The notes: generated by a model not told the origin, from the sequence alone. A DNA stretch of 63,983 nt, filler included, from Choristocarpus tenellus KU-1152 (GCA_964200185.2; 12 parts of 12 records of this genome joined end to end with filler, not necessarily neighbours in it); one strand, 5' to 3'. Positions 37,530 to 52,209 are shown, numbered from the whole stretch's first letter. Program-made: numbers and translations.

Positions 37530-38787
37530 AGGAACACAATGTCGAGAGTTGCCAGTGTGTCCATATGTGGTACCTGTGTCAAGAAGAATGGCAACTGTGC
37601 CAGCACTGAGATTTAGACGGGTAACTTCAGGATGGCAACATTTCCAAGGAACCGCGCCCTGTGCTAAGCCTGGGCAGAGAAGGCTTTCAAGAATATGAGA
37701 GCGCATGAAGATGGAAGAGAAGGGATTACATTGGGAATGCAGTATCATGTTGAGACATTCTTCGAAGCAAAGGCACCAGATTGGGTTAACCTTTTGTTTC
37801 ACTTCATGGGAATGGACTACTAGTCACTCTTAATAAGTGTTATATCCCATCCCTTCACGTTTTTGTCTCTTACATGTCTTTGTGTTATTGCTATATCACA
37901 CTTTATGCGTTAGGCATGCTCCCCTGACACAGGTCATTCTTTTTGCCATGTAATATCCTAAGTTAACACTTTGAACCCTTGCCTCTACTATCCCGACCCA
38001 AATGGCAGAGAGCGGTCATTTCAAGAAAATGATCCACACCCTCAAGAACAGGGATTGAAATACTTGATTGTTGTGGACTCCTTGACTTCCCGAGCGAGTG
38101 AAGAACAAACTCCAGGTCAAGGTTGAGGAGATACTTCATGATAAAACATTTGGCCATGATAACAGATAGTTGGACTGGCCCCTTAGGTAACACCTACACT
38201 CACTGGCTGTGTCTTGGATCAATGACACACGCAAGCTCGTTGTTTCTCTAGACTGTTATACACCAGACACCATGCCCAGAGAAAACTTCTCTAACAACTC
38301 ATTAGAGATGGTGAGAAAAAGGAGGGTCACTGGGTGGGTGCAGGCATCATGTGATACTAACTGTGAGACATCAATGGAGAAGATGGGTCCTTTTCTAGAA
38401 GACACCACAAAATCACATATCTCACCCGCATCTGCCACTGCTTGGAGAATGTAGTTGGTGTCGCTTTCAATGGGACAGGGGCAGAGTCAACCACAGCAAC
38501 AGCCAGAATAGGGGTATCTCCCTATTCTCAGTCCAGTGAGCAAAATAATTGCCAAAAGGAATACTGGAGGATGTCTACATGCACCATGGTGGAACGGTTG
38601 GTGTACATCAAGCCTGCTCTAAATTTTCAGGACAGACATGATGACGTTTTTGTCAGGCTGATGTCATTCCAACAGGAGGCGAGATTGAACATTGGAACGT
38701 CAAACAGGCGCGCATATGAACTAATAGTAAATACGGGGTGGGTCAACTGCAACCTTTCACAGAAATAAACACCCGAATATAATCCTA

Positions 38788-40330
38788 CTCCCTCTGTCCC
38801 ATAAGTCTGGGCCGTGAAGTTGTAGCTCTTTGGGATGACCTCCGATTACAAAACGGACTTTTGCGTCGGATTCCTTGGGATATTGTACATTAAAAAAACT
38901 AAACTTCAAATAATTATGTTCTGAAATGGTCCCAAAAGAATGTAACACAGACTGGGGCATACTCTGATAATTCTTGAAAGTTCCTGCTGCAGCATGGAGC
39001 CACACAACACTCTCACAGCCCCCATAGTGAGCCCCCACAACCCGTCGTCCCCAGCATGAAGCCCACCATCTCAGGGAAAGAAATGCTAGTTGTTTGAGGA
39101 AGGTCAGACTGCACTTGCTCTGCGTTACACTCTGGCTCTTCCTTTGGGACACAAGAGGTTCCTGAGGGGTGTACGGTCTAAATAGGCAAAAGGGTTTGGA
39201 GAGGGAGAGAGACACCCTAGATGGGTGTAGGCGCGCACATCGAAGAACAGTTAGGCAGGGGGAATACTGTGCCCCTGAAATCACAAGTACGATCTGGACG
39301 GCCAATGGGCTTTATGCCAACAAAACAAGTGAAGATACAGGAAATCAATCCCAGTAATCGCATGCTGACTATCAACCAACTTTCCACCAAGCTCCCTGAA
39401 GCGGGCCCTGCAGTCAGGAGCTCAAAGCTTCATTGCTGGCGCAAAGTCATGGGGGCAGCGAGGGTTCAGCGGCACATCCCCCTAGCCTTTCATTTTCTCA
39501 AATGAAGAACAGGGTGGACTTCATCCTCAACCAGATCTCCTGCAACAACAAAACCTACAGGACTGGCCTATCACCATTCACATTCTCGAGGTGTGGTTTT
39601 ACCTTATCCTCAAACGAGAGGTGGTCGGCATGTTCCCAGGGGAGGAAGAGGTGGGCTCAACGAAGGTGCAGCACAAGAGTCACATTCCCAAATTGATACT
39701 CATTTGCGCTGTTTCGTCCCTGGATCCTTCCCATGATTTTGACAGCAAGATCGGGATCTGGCGGGTTTGCATCACGAAGGAGACGCAATGGACTACAGTG
39801 CGGCACAGGAAGGGCAAGGAGTACAAGGTCGACATCACTGTCAATGCTGAGTGGTACCCGGAGTAGTACAGTAGTACACAGAGCAGCTCTTGCCAGCAAT
39901 CAAGGAAAAATGCTGTGACTGGAATCGGGGGGGTCTCCATACAGCAGGACGGCATGACCCTGCATATTGGCAAGGGCACAGTGCAGAAGCTGAACACAGC
40001 AGGGGTGGAAGAGGGACGGAACATTAAGCTTGTGATGCAGCCCAACATCAATGGTTTGGGGTGGGGTTCTTTGCATCTCTGAAGAGCAGGGTTTGGGCAG
40101 AGCATTACGGCACCATTGATGAACTTGCAGAGGGGGTTTCAAGCATGTTCCACACATACGACGCAGACACACTTGAGGGGGTGTGGCAGAGTCTGTTTAA
40201 GGGCGTTGGGGGGGAACAAGTTCGAGTTAGAACACACCGGGACAAAAAAAGGCAGTGGGAGGGTGAGACCTATCCAATCAAGTACCTATACATCATCCCT
40301 TTCTACTGTAAACTTGTGTATTGACCTCCT
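38788..40330 (+). mobile_element. Degenerate mariner-like DNA transposon of the DD39D/Stowaway-associated type
   Basis: Left TIR TA|CTCCCTCTGTCCCATAA. Transposase motifs across frameshifts: HILEVWFYL (for HIDEKWFY), HIPKL...AV, FDSKIGIW, IQQDG and GFFASL. No clear right TIR. Confidence 0.8.
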
Positions 40331-40439
40331 TCAACAAATGGATGAGTCACGGCCTTTTTCTTGATTTCTCCACAATAATGTGGAGGAACTACATGAGGAA
40401 GCAAAGAAGGTCATGCTGCTGTGCACAGGGGATACACTA

Positions 40440-41400
40440 GGCGAGTATTCCAACCACTTTAGTGTTGTACTCTGAGGGTCCACGTATGCAGCTCAAAGGG
40501 TTGAAGTGGAAGCAGGTGCTGGTAACCTGCTTGAACCCTACAACAAGCATCTTTAGGGCATTCCAGAAGCAGAGAGTAGCACCTTTTGGAGTTGGGTAAC
40601 GTTAGAAGTGGTGGCATCCTGAAGACAGAGCAATCACCACAGGATATGATATATGCAGTTAGCACAATACATCATAGGGGACAAACTGCCTGCGTGGAGG
40701 GCTTGCAGGTCCAGTCGGAAAAGAGGCTAAAGAGCTTTAAGAGATCTTGCCTTGAACAAAGTGGTGGGAGCTGAGCTGCTGGTGGTAAAAGGTGATGGAA
40801 TGTCGATGAGTGAACATATAGAACGGTCAGCATGAGTGGAAGCTGCCTCCCTTCAAGATGGAGATACACCTTGATGTAAGTGATGAGAGATGAGAAAGAA
40901 AGTGACTTCAATGACCTGCTATAGTGGTAGCAAGAGAGAGCTTCATCCATTCCACATTTGGTCAAACTTGCCTAATATGTTTTGGTCATTTCTGCTTCTC
41001 AGCCTAATCAGAGTGTATGCTCTTTTCAAAGGAACAAACTCAGCCCCGATCATGGGCAGGTCCCCACCTTCCTTTAAAGCAATTGGATGAAGGTGGATGC
41101 ATGGGCAGATGCCTAGAAGGCAGCCACCACCTAAGACCGAAGAAATTCAAAGGAGCAACAACTGAAATTTCTCTAGAATTGGGGTTCTTCATGTGCAAGT
41201 AGTGCAGAAGCACAGCTATTGTTCTTGTACTCCAACACAGTGAGGTTGTAACCAATACAAATTTGTGGTTACTGTGTCTGCGTTCTCTTGCCTTTGGAGT
41301 ACAAGTGCCTTCTCTCCTTCAGTGTCATCTCGATGATGACTATATTACATAGTCATGGAAGAGGTGCATTAAAATAATCGGAAGTCCATGTATACTCTTC
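40440..41400 (-). pseudogene. Decayed copia RT/RNase H remnant
   Basis: Faint ordered motifs HMKNP...NFFGL, YSRSLKSL, FSDW and NSKR. Many stops. Confidence 0.35.
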
Positions 41401-42219
41401 ATGGTCAACCCCTAACAAGATAATCTTAGACTTTACTTCAGCAAATATGAATAAGAAATGGTCCACCTCACATACTGTAGGAGATCACACCTCTAGTGAT
41501 AGATAGATGAAGTGCACAGAAGAGAATAATGAGGAAACGTTTTGCACTTCCAGAGGGCCCCCCTTCTACAAGGGTGGCATTTTGCCCTGGGGCACCACGT
41601 GACACTCAACAAACACTGCATGAATCGCCTTTTGCGCTGACAGATTAATCAAATGAATCGAAAATTTTCTAGTCTATTTAAGTAGTCAGGCATTGCAAAA
41701 TTTTGTACCTAGTACAACAAACAACACAATTTCACAAATACTGTCAACACTTTCTTTCATAGTCATACTACATAACTGACTAAACCACAACCCTGTTCTA
41801 AACACCAAATAACACAAGTCATCAAGGGAATTAAAAAAAAGACTTGGATTCTGTATGGTCAATATCAATATTAAAAATTCCACTAAAAGGTAGAACATAG
41901 AAGACGGGGGGTTCTACTCTAACTGCTACAAAAATGACTGAACAATGGCTACCGCATTATTCTTACACCAACTCTTGTCAAGCAATAAAATCAAATTTGC
42001 AACTTCTTGACAGCATACTGTTTCAATCTTTGGGAGAGAAGGGGAAGGGAGCAGGAGCAATTACTAGTACTATCTTCACATTAGTCTGGGGACTATCCCG
42101 ACCTGTGGTCAGAGGCACAGCATAGTGCAATACTTCTAATATTAGACACGGAAAATAACTCTTGCACTATGACTAATTGCACTGCCTCTGTTTGTGCCTT
42201 GCCAATGGCATCATCTCAC

Positions 42220-45200
42220 CGACCAGACCACAAAATGGTAGTTGTGCACTCGGTACAGATAGTAAAAGTTGCTCTTGATGCTGGTGGATGGGAAGATGGA
42301 ACAGGAAGGTGGGACACATGAAGGACAAATAGAGCTCTGAGGGATTTTGTGGACAACTAATGAAAAAGTGGAGTAAACTATACACATATTATGTACATTT
42401 TGGAATAATGGCAAGTATGGAGGGCTGCATTCAGAATCCTTACTTGTGCCGATCAGGATAAAGCTTAAATGCCTGGAAGGCTCACAAGGTAGTAAATTGA
42501 GGTATTGGGCATTGCTGTTTCTGATCTCTAGGTTTGCAATCTACTTTTTATACGGGATGTATGCCGTGGTACCCACTGAGCATATTTGTCGTGTCGTGTG
42601 TTGGATATCTTCAGTCACAAACTTTCACGCACTATAGATGTGAGTAACAATCAGATCACCAAACAGGACAGTGGAGCAAAGCAAGAATGAGTGCATGATA
42701 TACTTCATACAAAATACACACTACGTAACACTCAGTACTAGTACACATATACACACCAATACAAAACACTTTTTTGTAATGGTAAACATAATATGTGAGG
42801 GTCGTTGGCAGATCAAGAGTGCAAACTGGTGTGTGCTTACCCAGTCAGTTCTGTGGTGATATTATCAGCTTGTACACCTCTGCTGCTTGAGTCAACCGAT
42901 TTCTGTCAGGCAGGGCCGGGTTGATAGGTATCACATGGGAGGGCATAGTGGCTTGGGTTTGAAACATCCATGGTAGAAAAATAAACAGCATGAAGAGGAA
43001 GGGGACATGGTATGAAACGTTTGCCCCAATAGCGTAGGACTATTCTATGTTACACTGAGTCAATAGAATGCATACATCCTTCAAACTCCCTTGGCATCAC
43101 TCAAAATAATCAGGAAAGGGAGAAACACCAAGAGGTTGGGATAGGCCAATTAGGGTAGGCAAGATCAGAATCAACTTGCGAACTCATGTGAATACACTGG
43201 TGCCAATTCAGGGTGCAGTGTAGCCAATACCCCTGTTGAGCACTTTATCATCCTCACAGAAGATCGAAATGACAGCAAGAAAATATCGTTTGGAGAGATG
43301 GTTAGGGACAGACCTCCAAAAGCGGAAAAACAAAACAAAACAACACAGTGTGACACTGGGAAAACGCAGCAGTGTAGAACCCGTTTTAGTCCTTTTTTCA
43401 ATAAGGGTTTGAGACCAAATAAAGCACTGGTGATGAATATATGATCGCACGAATAACAACACACTCCCATCAGAAGAAGCAGTACTCACTTTGAATTCAC
43501 CAGCCCAGATGTAGATATGACCCGGCATGTGAAGGAGGTGCCCAGCCATTGGCAGGAGGTTGGCCAATGTATCTGCAGCAGGGAGAGCTACCTCAGGGTT
43601 GTCTGATAGCTCCATGAGGTGGATGTACAAGTGGAGCACTCCTGGGCATTTCGAACCCTCAGTAGTCTTCAGTGCCTGACAAGGTGACATGGTGACATCA
43701 CAAATATTGGTATGCGGACATACTGGGTAGACGGGTGGTTGAGCAGACTGTTACACACATTAGCTTGGGTGATTGGAAAGTTTAAAGGCTGATCCAACTG
43801 AGGAGGACATCCTCCGCTCAACTCAAGCCGAGACAAAGCATTTAAAAAAAAAAAGGAATTGACAAAATCTGAATTTCACAATTTATACACAAACTTGATG
43901 CCATTTTGACAGGTTGAATATACTTAAGCCTGCTTTTAATCAGGGGTCCATGTTAACGAGAGGTATGCAGAGTTGCATTTTAAGGATGCCTGCAAATATG
44001 GGCAAAATTTCACTTTTAGAGAATTGAGTATAGGATATTTTCCGAGTTTTGTTGAAAACTTTCTCGAACAACAGAGAAATCAACTGCCTCAAGTCAAACT
44101 TAGCACTTCATCCACTGAAATATGGGTGTATTGCAAAAGAATGGAAAACTGACTTATAATGCAAAATAGCCAAGACCTAGGTACCTCTCGTTTACTTTTG
44201 CTCTCTATAAATTTAAAGTTTGCCTCAAAACACAAGTACACATCAAGATGAGGCAACCCCAGATTGTATTGTATCCTTGAGCTCAAGAACAATGGAATAT
44301 GTCAGCACGACTGTTGTTGGCAAGGACGAACTTCTACTCCATAATTGTGAGTTGTTACAACTCCATGGCAACCTGGGAGAGGTTAACGGTGTTGTGTGGG
44401 TAAACCATGACGGCGGAAAGATTGGTGGCATCCTATCTTATACTCTGAACCAATGAGTACATCATCAAAGGGGTAGCTTAAGATGCTGCTTTGAAGTATT
44501 AAATACCTATAGACACTTCAGCCAATAGTCTTGGTCCATCTGAGAATATATCCATACTATGATCTTTGTTCAACTTACAAGCCTGTTCAAACCAAACCTT
44601 TAATCCAGGATACAGATGTATGTGACCTACTCATAATGCCTCCTGACAGGTTTTCAGCGCTCACCAAGTTCAACCTCGAAGAAAGATGAACAAATGAACA
44701 GAACTATCAACAGATGAATGCCGCCCCAGGAAGAGATACAGAAAGGCAATATCAGCCTTTAAGAGCAGATAGTGAACATCAAGGACAAGAATACTGCAAT
44801 GCACCTTCTTGATTCCATCTTCCACACTCTCTAAGCCACTTTGTTCATCGACTCCCAAGACACCACCCAAACCCAAACATTCATATACCCTGAAGTAGGC
44901 ATGCATACTGTCTTCAATGCCCCCATATTAAGAATGTTAGTAGTGTTCACCAGCACCCTGATATTACCATGCACAACCTCATTACTTATCTCATGTCTAA
45001 ATTTCGTCTTTGAAATTCCCCAGGAATACTCTGTGCCCATCCGAGCTGCCTCTGGGTACCATTTTGGGGAAATGACAAAAAGATAACCCTCTTCTCTACC
45101 ACAGACTGCAAAGCTGACATCCTCTTGAAATCATTGCACTCGCTGAGAACCACGTTGAGATTCATCCCTGGATCGACATTCTTGGCACCTGGCATCCCTT

Positions 45201-47579
45201 CATTCCACAAACCCTGTTCCCGCATCACCTGTTTTATCCCAGTGTATTTATGAGTGCATCCCTTGATGACTTCACCTGTCACACCGAGTCCTTGTGTGCC
45301 TTTGGTTCTGACTTTTTCTATCCACCTCTACCCGTTTTTCTGTGCTCCTCTTCTCATGCCGGCAGTCGATAATGAAATAAATATTGAAAATAAATAAATA
45401 TTGAAGAATCAAAGACGAAGCAGTCTTGAAACAGATCCCAGAGTGCTGGTCCTCACACAGGACCACGTTTTGCTGGTGGAACGTCCAGCTAGATACCCCA
45501 AACCATAAGTCCCCCAAAGCCTCAAGCTTCAAAAAAACTTGAAAAAAAACAAACTTGTATAATTATATTACTTCCAAGTGTCGCATTGAACGGTTTATAT
45601 TGACAACCATGTGAATGCTTTTCCATTTCCAACGATCCGCCAACTATACCACCCAATCATCAGGTACCACCAATGTGCTCCTGATTATCACCACAAAACA
45701 TGCATATGTTAGGCATTGATAACATTAAAATGTGTCCGTGAGATAATCGCGTTTGAACCTTTTTGTTGTTTTATGACCGGACCAGCTTATACCTCAACAA
45801 GTTTTCAAGAAGGACCAAAAACACTGGTCCTTGGAAGTAGTACATAATGTGTGCCTTACTCTACCTGAAACATAAGAGGTATTTCAACGTTTTGAGGTAT
45901 GGGAAATAGCGCCAAACACAAAGTCAGGTCACACCCATAGAGTAATACAAACATCAGGTCCAGTCAATTGAGTGCATTGGTCCTGAACCTACCCTACCAC
46001 CTACAACCTTAACGCCCTGTATATGAGCTCACCTTCTCCAACACCTCCTTGATGATAAGAGTGTTTTGATCAGCTGGGGCGATCTTACCGGTGACCTCAT
46101 CCCTGCGCCACAGCCCCCACGCATTGAGCACCATTAAGGACTCTGCATAGATCCAGACAATATCAATATTATCGCTGCCATACTTTTCGTAGAGCTTCCC
46201 CATCTCATCTAGTAGGAAAAAAAATAAAAGGACGCAAAATATATAGACAATGTTTGTGAGCTTTGTGGAGTCGTGCAATCTCAAGGGGCCCATTAAGAAC
46301 TTGAAGATTAGTATCAGGATTTGCGCGCACAGAGGCAGGAAATACAACATTTAGATCCATCATATAGACCACATTCTTCAATCTCAGCGCGACTCAACAA
46401 AGAAGGAAGTACTTAGCAGATGGATTTTCTCGGGAACTAAGTCCAGGAGAGCTTATCTACCAGCCTTGCTAAACCCTACTTTAAGTTGTATCTCCAATGC
46501 TATGTTCAACTACAGGCAGCTATCAGATCTATATTTGAATTGCACTCTTCAGTATCGTCTTCCGGTGTGCTTCACCAGTCATACCAAAATTGGCCAACGG
46601 GGAAAGGACAAACCGGCAAATACTATTGTACTTAATATGGTTTCTCCAGTTGGATAGAGGCATCAGGGGAGAGAGAAGGGCAATCAAAGCACTGTTATCG
46701 CTCACCAGCAAAAACCTTGTTGAGCTCGGGTGTGTTTCCTGCAAAGACGAGACAGACCAAAATATACCTTAGTTTGTTTAGAGTGAACGGGTAAGGTTTA
46801 GGGGCTCTTGCGTTGGGTAAGCTCCTTTGCAGAGCACTCTGCTCGAAGAAACATATAATAATAGCATTAAATAAAAAAGCATGACTGTCAGTCGCAGCAA
46901 CTAAGCATTCACTGGTAGGGCAAATCAACATCACATATGACAGCCACCACTCCAATAATGCTACATATTCTTAAGGGCGGATACGTCTATGAGGATGGAG
47001 ACGACTATGGTGACAAGAGAACTAAAGAACAACCTGACAATATTGGCTCGTACCAAAAAACAGCGTTGAAGGATCAACTGCATCCTTAGCCTCGAGAGTG
47101 GAGCGCTTCGCTAGTGCACGGATGAGGTCCTTCTCGATTTCAGTATATGACCCCTCATCTGACTCGATTCCCCTAATTGCGGACAGCATAGCATCGTACC
47201 CGCAACCCAGTCCGGGTATGAAGTTGTATGTGCTGCTTAAGGCATACGCTAGAGAACAAGGTAGGCAAAGCAGGGAAGGCCGTAAGGGTATTAAGTACTC
47301 GACCCAACACTTGAAGAAGTGACAAAGCATTGCATCTTTCATCCGTTCAGTACGAGATGGAGCTACCTCCCTACCTGTGCCCCAGTAGGCCATCATGCAC
47401 TTGGGATCGGCTTCGATTGCTAGCCCAAAGCATTTAATTGCCTCCTCGTGATTATAGTTAAAGTTGTGCAGGCATCCCCGCGCAAACCATCTGCGACCAT
47501 TTTCGTTGGCTGTGATGATCTTGGGTAGAGACAAGTGTCCCTCACCCAAGTCAATACTTTCGTAGTTGATAGATGGCAT
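42220..47579 (-). CDS. TPR-like protein with conserved His motifs (HLYIH, HMPxHI, YRxHN); 7 exons resolved, C-terminus not found
   Basis: Phase-compatible AG/GT exons 47579-47375, 47248-47054, 46738-46706, 46208-46033, 43675-43490, 42902-42841 and 42280-42220. Motifs WFARG...YNHEEA..CF...DPKCMMAYWG, LHLYIHLME, GHLLHMPGHIY and FYYLYRVHNYH are typical of a bacterial/fungal 'TPR domain protein' family. Confidence 0.85.
44800..45530 (-). mobile_element. Degenerate DDE (IS630/Tc1-related) transposase fragment inside an intron
   Basis: GIKQVMREQGLW...VLSECNDF, then after a frameshift PKWYPEAARMGTEYSWGISK.KFR (compare PK.H.E...IEY.WG..K). Confidence 0.6.
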
Positions 47580-48149
47580 TGAACTTCAAGAAGAACAAGG
47601 GGCGAAAGAAATTTAGGCTAGTGCCCTTGGTTTCGCCTTAAAATATGCGACCTACCCAAGGATGAAAAGGTGCATGAGATGGAGTCCCTACCACTTGATA
47701 CATGGTTCAGGAAGGGAATTTGTGGAACTTAAGATCAACAACGAAATTTACCATCAAGAAGTCGGTGCGTTATATTTGTAGTATGTATGCACATCCTCTA
47801 CATCTATTATCATTATACATACAAGACCACATTTCAATTTTTTTTTATTGTTGTTGAAGGCTTCTTTGGTCATCACCATCATCACCAAAAATGTAAGGAT
47901 ACATAAATCAAACTTCTCCCAATAAAAACACTGTAGGTCGTAACACGTTGAACGGCTTGTCATTAAGATGGCGTAACCATCCAGGGAACATCTGCTCGCA
48001 GCCACGAAGGAAATTTTGCTACTCCCTACGCGAAAGGTTCTGCCAGGGGGATGGTTCGCAAGTGATACCCTAAGAAGATCTTAAGTCTTGAGAGGACTGA
48101 CTGGGAAGGAATAATATGCACAGTTTTTTTATGCTTTGTTCATCTTTAG

Positions 48150-48492
48150 AAATTTTATGTCTCAGTTGACGTAGGACTGTACTACTTGCCAAATTTGGAG
48201 TCCCTGCAAAGGTGATTGCAGTTATCCATCAGCTTTATGATGGAATGAGGGCATGTCATGTCCCCATCCAACGATCGGAAATGAATAGAATGCCTCCCAG
48301 TGAACGAAGGCCCACGTCAGGGATGTGTCCTTGCACCCATCCTCTTCAACATTTCTTCACAGGAATGCTAATCCTAGCAGTGAGGGAGTTCAACTCTGAC
48401 CTGGCCATCTCAATAGACGCAATCGCCATCAAGAGAGATGGAAATTCAGAGAAGGGACTACAGGAAACGGGGCAATACTTGAGCATAGCATA
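48150..48492 (+). mobile_element. RTE-like LINE reverse transcriptase fragment
   Basis: LAKFGVPAKVIAVIHQLYDGMRA followed by frameshifted RQGCVLAPILFNI. Confidence 0.75.
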
Positions 48493-48649
48493 TAACAGGG
48501 GAATCTCAAAATTGAGGAAGGCGCGGGACTATGAGGATGTTTTTTTTGCNNNNNNNNNNNNNNNNNNNNNNNNNNNNNNNNNNNNNNNNNNNNTTAATTA
48601 ATTAANNNNNNNNNNNNNNNNNNNNNNNNNNNNNNNNNNNNNNNNNNNN

Positions 48650-48851
48650 GGGGGGGGGGGGGGGGTGTGGGGGGGGGGGGGGGGGGGGGGAGGAATGGGA
48701 TATGTTCATCATTACCATTGGTGCCACAACTACTGACCTGTTCACTGTGGTCATCGATCTCAACTTCACTTATTTCACTATTCTCCTCCTCCTCCTCCTC
48801 CTCCTCCTCTTCCAAACAGCTGTTTATACTCTCAATTTCCTCAACAGAGAC
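48650..48851 (-). CDS. Possible acidic low-complexity exon of an unknown gene
   Basis: ccccacag acceptor, then VSVEEIESINSCLEEEEEEEEENSEISEVEIDD... open to the contig end. Confidence 0.35.
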
Positions 48852-51408
48852 CTGTGGGGTAGGGGTGGGAGGGAGGACGAAAAGTACACGGGTGGAGAGC
48901 AAAAAAACCCAGCAACCACGTGGTTGCAGACAAGTGCCGATGGTGGTGCTGCTGGGAGGGGGGGCGGGGGGCGGCATGGTGAGATTCGAATTCCATTTTG
49001 CTGACGGGCTAGTTATTTCCTAGTCTGTTCAACCTTCTCACACGCAGACCATCGCAGTAATTGCTTCAAGTATGGTACCAGGGTGGCACGACCCTGCACA
49101 AGCAGCGGCAGAGGAGTGTATCTACTACTACTACTACTACTACTACTACTATTAATAAGGAAATACCATGATGTGAGCTGTACTGCCCTGTCCACTTCCT
49201 ATTTTACCGAGAACTACGCCAAGTGCCATTCTTTTGCAGGCAAGGGGGGTGCTGAAGGGCGCTGTACCCAAAAGATGACAAAAGACCCAAAAGATGCTGA
49301 CACACTCGTGCAGAAAGAAAAATCCAACTCCTGGCTAATCAACTCATTCGTCCATCCTACCATCCTCTCCCCAAAAGCTGCAATATGCTGGGCCATCATT
49401 CAAGTCTTGTCCTACTCAGCACATGGCCGTGTTCCCATTTATTTTACCCAGGCTACATGTTAAAAAAGAGCCTTCCCGGCTACAAAAAAACTGAATTTTT
49501 CTCAGAACTTTACTTTTCCCTACCTTATTGAGATCCGCTGGGACAGAGGTAACTATCGCTGTCTTGGACTTGGGCTCCTGTCAGCCATGGTCAGTGTACA
49601 CTATACGGAGTCAGGGATCAAGTGTGTGTGTGTGTGTGTGTTTTTTTTTTTTTTTCCTAAAACGTTTTCCTTCCAGTCGAAATATATATACATATATATA
49701 CAAACACATATGTTATGGACTTTGTACCTTGAGCAGCACACAGGACTCTTGATTTTTTTTTTAGTGCATCGATGTGATGAAGGGTGACAGGAGTGCACTG
49801 ATTTTGAGGTGTAAATCACATGCGTGCATCGAGGCGCGTCAGAATGCTTCCTCCTACAACAGGCGGACTGCCTCTTTGCCCTAACTCTAACCCTAACCAT
49901 TACGCTACCTAGTCCAACTTTATGGTATTCAAGTTGTGAGTGCCGGTCAACTTGGTGGGCAACACATGCCAACTTTCAGACCAACCATCATCTAACCCTA
50001 ACCCTATCTTCAACAAGAGAAAAAAGAAAAAAGTCGAACGAGTTCGCTCTTTGCTTCAGGTGGAAAAACACCACTCACACGGTGGACTTGGTGGTCACTC
50101 TTCAAAAAGGAGGAATTGCTTGAGCCTGTTTCAGTTCCCCCCCCCCCCCTCTACCAAGGCACTTGGAGTATACTCTACCTCAAAGGGTGTCTCTTCCTCT
50201 TCCACTTCCTCTTGCTCATCCCCATCACCCACATTCTCCTCCTCAACCCTTCCGTCCACCACATGGTTGTTCAGTTGATATGGAGCATACTGACCATGGT
50301 CAAAGATGGAAGCCTGTGTCGCATATTGGCAAGATCGAGGATGTACAGTTTATAGCTACTTCAAAGTATTAGTGAAGATGAGGTACGAGATAAGAAATGC
50401 CTTCGGTGATAACAACTCCAACATAATAAAAGCAACATGTATGGGTTGTTCATTGTGATCGCGATTGCAGGGAATGATCCTTTCAAAGTCGGTCTGATAT
50501 CACCAGTTCATTGCCACCAAGAGCACTATCGCCTGGTGTGGGGCGGTTTCAGCATTGTGTGAGGGGTGGATGAGATGGAGGCTTGTTATTGTTGGGTAGT
50601 AGGTGAGTGTTCTGAGTCCCAGTCAACTCTTGAGAAACCAATTTCTCTTTGAAAAAGATTGAAAACACCTTGTCAGTGCCGATGCAGTACTTCCCCCATA
50701 CCTCATCATCATTGTTTTCCTTGGAAGCATCCTCGGCCTCCCATGTGTTCTGATGTAAAGAGTCAAACAAATCTGTAAGAAGTAGTAGCAGGCCCCAGCA
50801 GCAAAATAATATGTGGAGGAGTTTCAGCCTTGATCAGCACTTCTGCAAGGTTGCTTCACTAGATACGGAGTATCACCGTGCTATGTCACTCTGTCAGAAG
50901 TGCAGTAGTTCACCTTGACTCTGTGATACAACGCACAACACAGTGAGATAGAGAGCAAACTATACCAAAATATCCAAATGAAGACAAGGTCCAATAACTC
51001 AAAAGCAGCTGAATGGAGTATCAAGATAATTTCACTTGAAATCAACAAGTAAACATCCACCAAACGAGATCTAACAAAAATATGATCATTAGTTCTTGAA
51101 CGTCAACCTGGAGGGAAGACAGGTCCCTGTGACCAGGTCGGAGGTGACTCCATGGCTGGAGTAATGGTGATGTTCGCACTGTGCTTGTTGGGGTGTACCA
51201 CTGCAATCTGCACCTGATATCAAGGCATGAGACGCATACCCAGGTGGTCTTGTGGGAAGAATAGGGACATGACAACACTGATTGCTTGTGGCGGACATCT
51301 ACGCGCAGCATGGTAGTTTTCTAAATCGTGATCAGCCCTCCTAGCAACACAACTTGACCACCGATTGTGTATACCCCAAATTTTTACTATATTCGAGTGG
51401 TTCTTAAC

Positions 51409-52209
51409 CTGGCCTGGCAGCAAGGAGAAGCGAAGGGCGCCTTTTGACCTCCTCGCCGCATTCCATCCACGGTTGTGGGGCACCTCCTCACAAAACATTT
51501 CCATCTCCCGTGCATCCATGTCGATACGCATTCCAATGCGCATCCCAACGCGCACGGACGAACTGCTCCCTTGACTGCTCATGGAGGAGTAATTACAATG
51601 CTTGGGTCTATCCATGAGGCTTGTCAGCAGGGCCATGTATGGGAACGCTTCACGGTCGACATAACCATCAGCATCACACTGAAGCAGAGATGCCTTATCT
51701 AAGTACGGTTGGGTTGCATCCACAAGACCCGCTGAAATACAACAGGGTTCCCTGGTGAAGACTAACCACAAGAGGTGTAGCCCAGCGTATGGAAGGGTAT
51801 CTGTCGTCACAAAAGCGGTGGTCTGGCTGTTCACTGTCCAGGAGAGTCCATCGTCGCTGATTCGCCCACCACCTACAGTCTTGGTCCACACTATCGAGTC
51901 GACTGCAACTGATTGTTTGTGGGGAGTTGGGTCTAGAATATTAAGATATCGAGACGAGCTATCCAACGTCGGAGAAGGCGTCGGATGTTCTGGTAAGACA
52001 CGAACCTGAACATCAGTGCCATCAGGAGCGTAAGAGGTGAGAAGCAAAGGGGTGCCATCATCATCGAAGAAACACACTCGGCCTTGACTTGGCAAGTCAA
52101 GGAGCTGACGCACACCTTGCTCGATCTCTGATTGTGGTGTGCCAGCGAACACCCTTAAAGGAGACGATTTTTGGCCATGATGGAAGACAAGGACTACTCC
52201 AGGCGCCAT
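51409..52209 (-). CDS. Hypothetical protein with N-terminal ubiquitin-like and C-terminal SPRY/B30.2-like regions (first exon)
   Basis: 267 open codons run from ATG 52209 to a phase-0 GT donor. RVCFFDDDG resembles a beta-grasp fold; ISDDGLS...AGLV...RIGMRIDMDAREMEMF resembles SPRY. Domain calls are by eye. Confidence 0.55.

Noticed and set aside
37963-38193. Tyrosine recombinase (DIRS-like) remnant from FVLHSLGK
   Set aside because: The catalytic Arg is absent and there is no supporting RT or terminal repeat, so the evidence is too weak without an HMM search.
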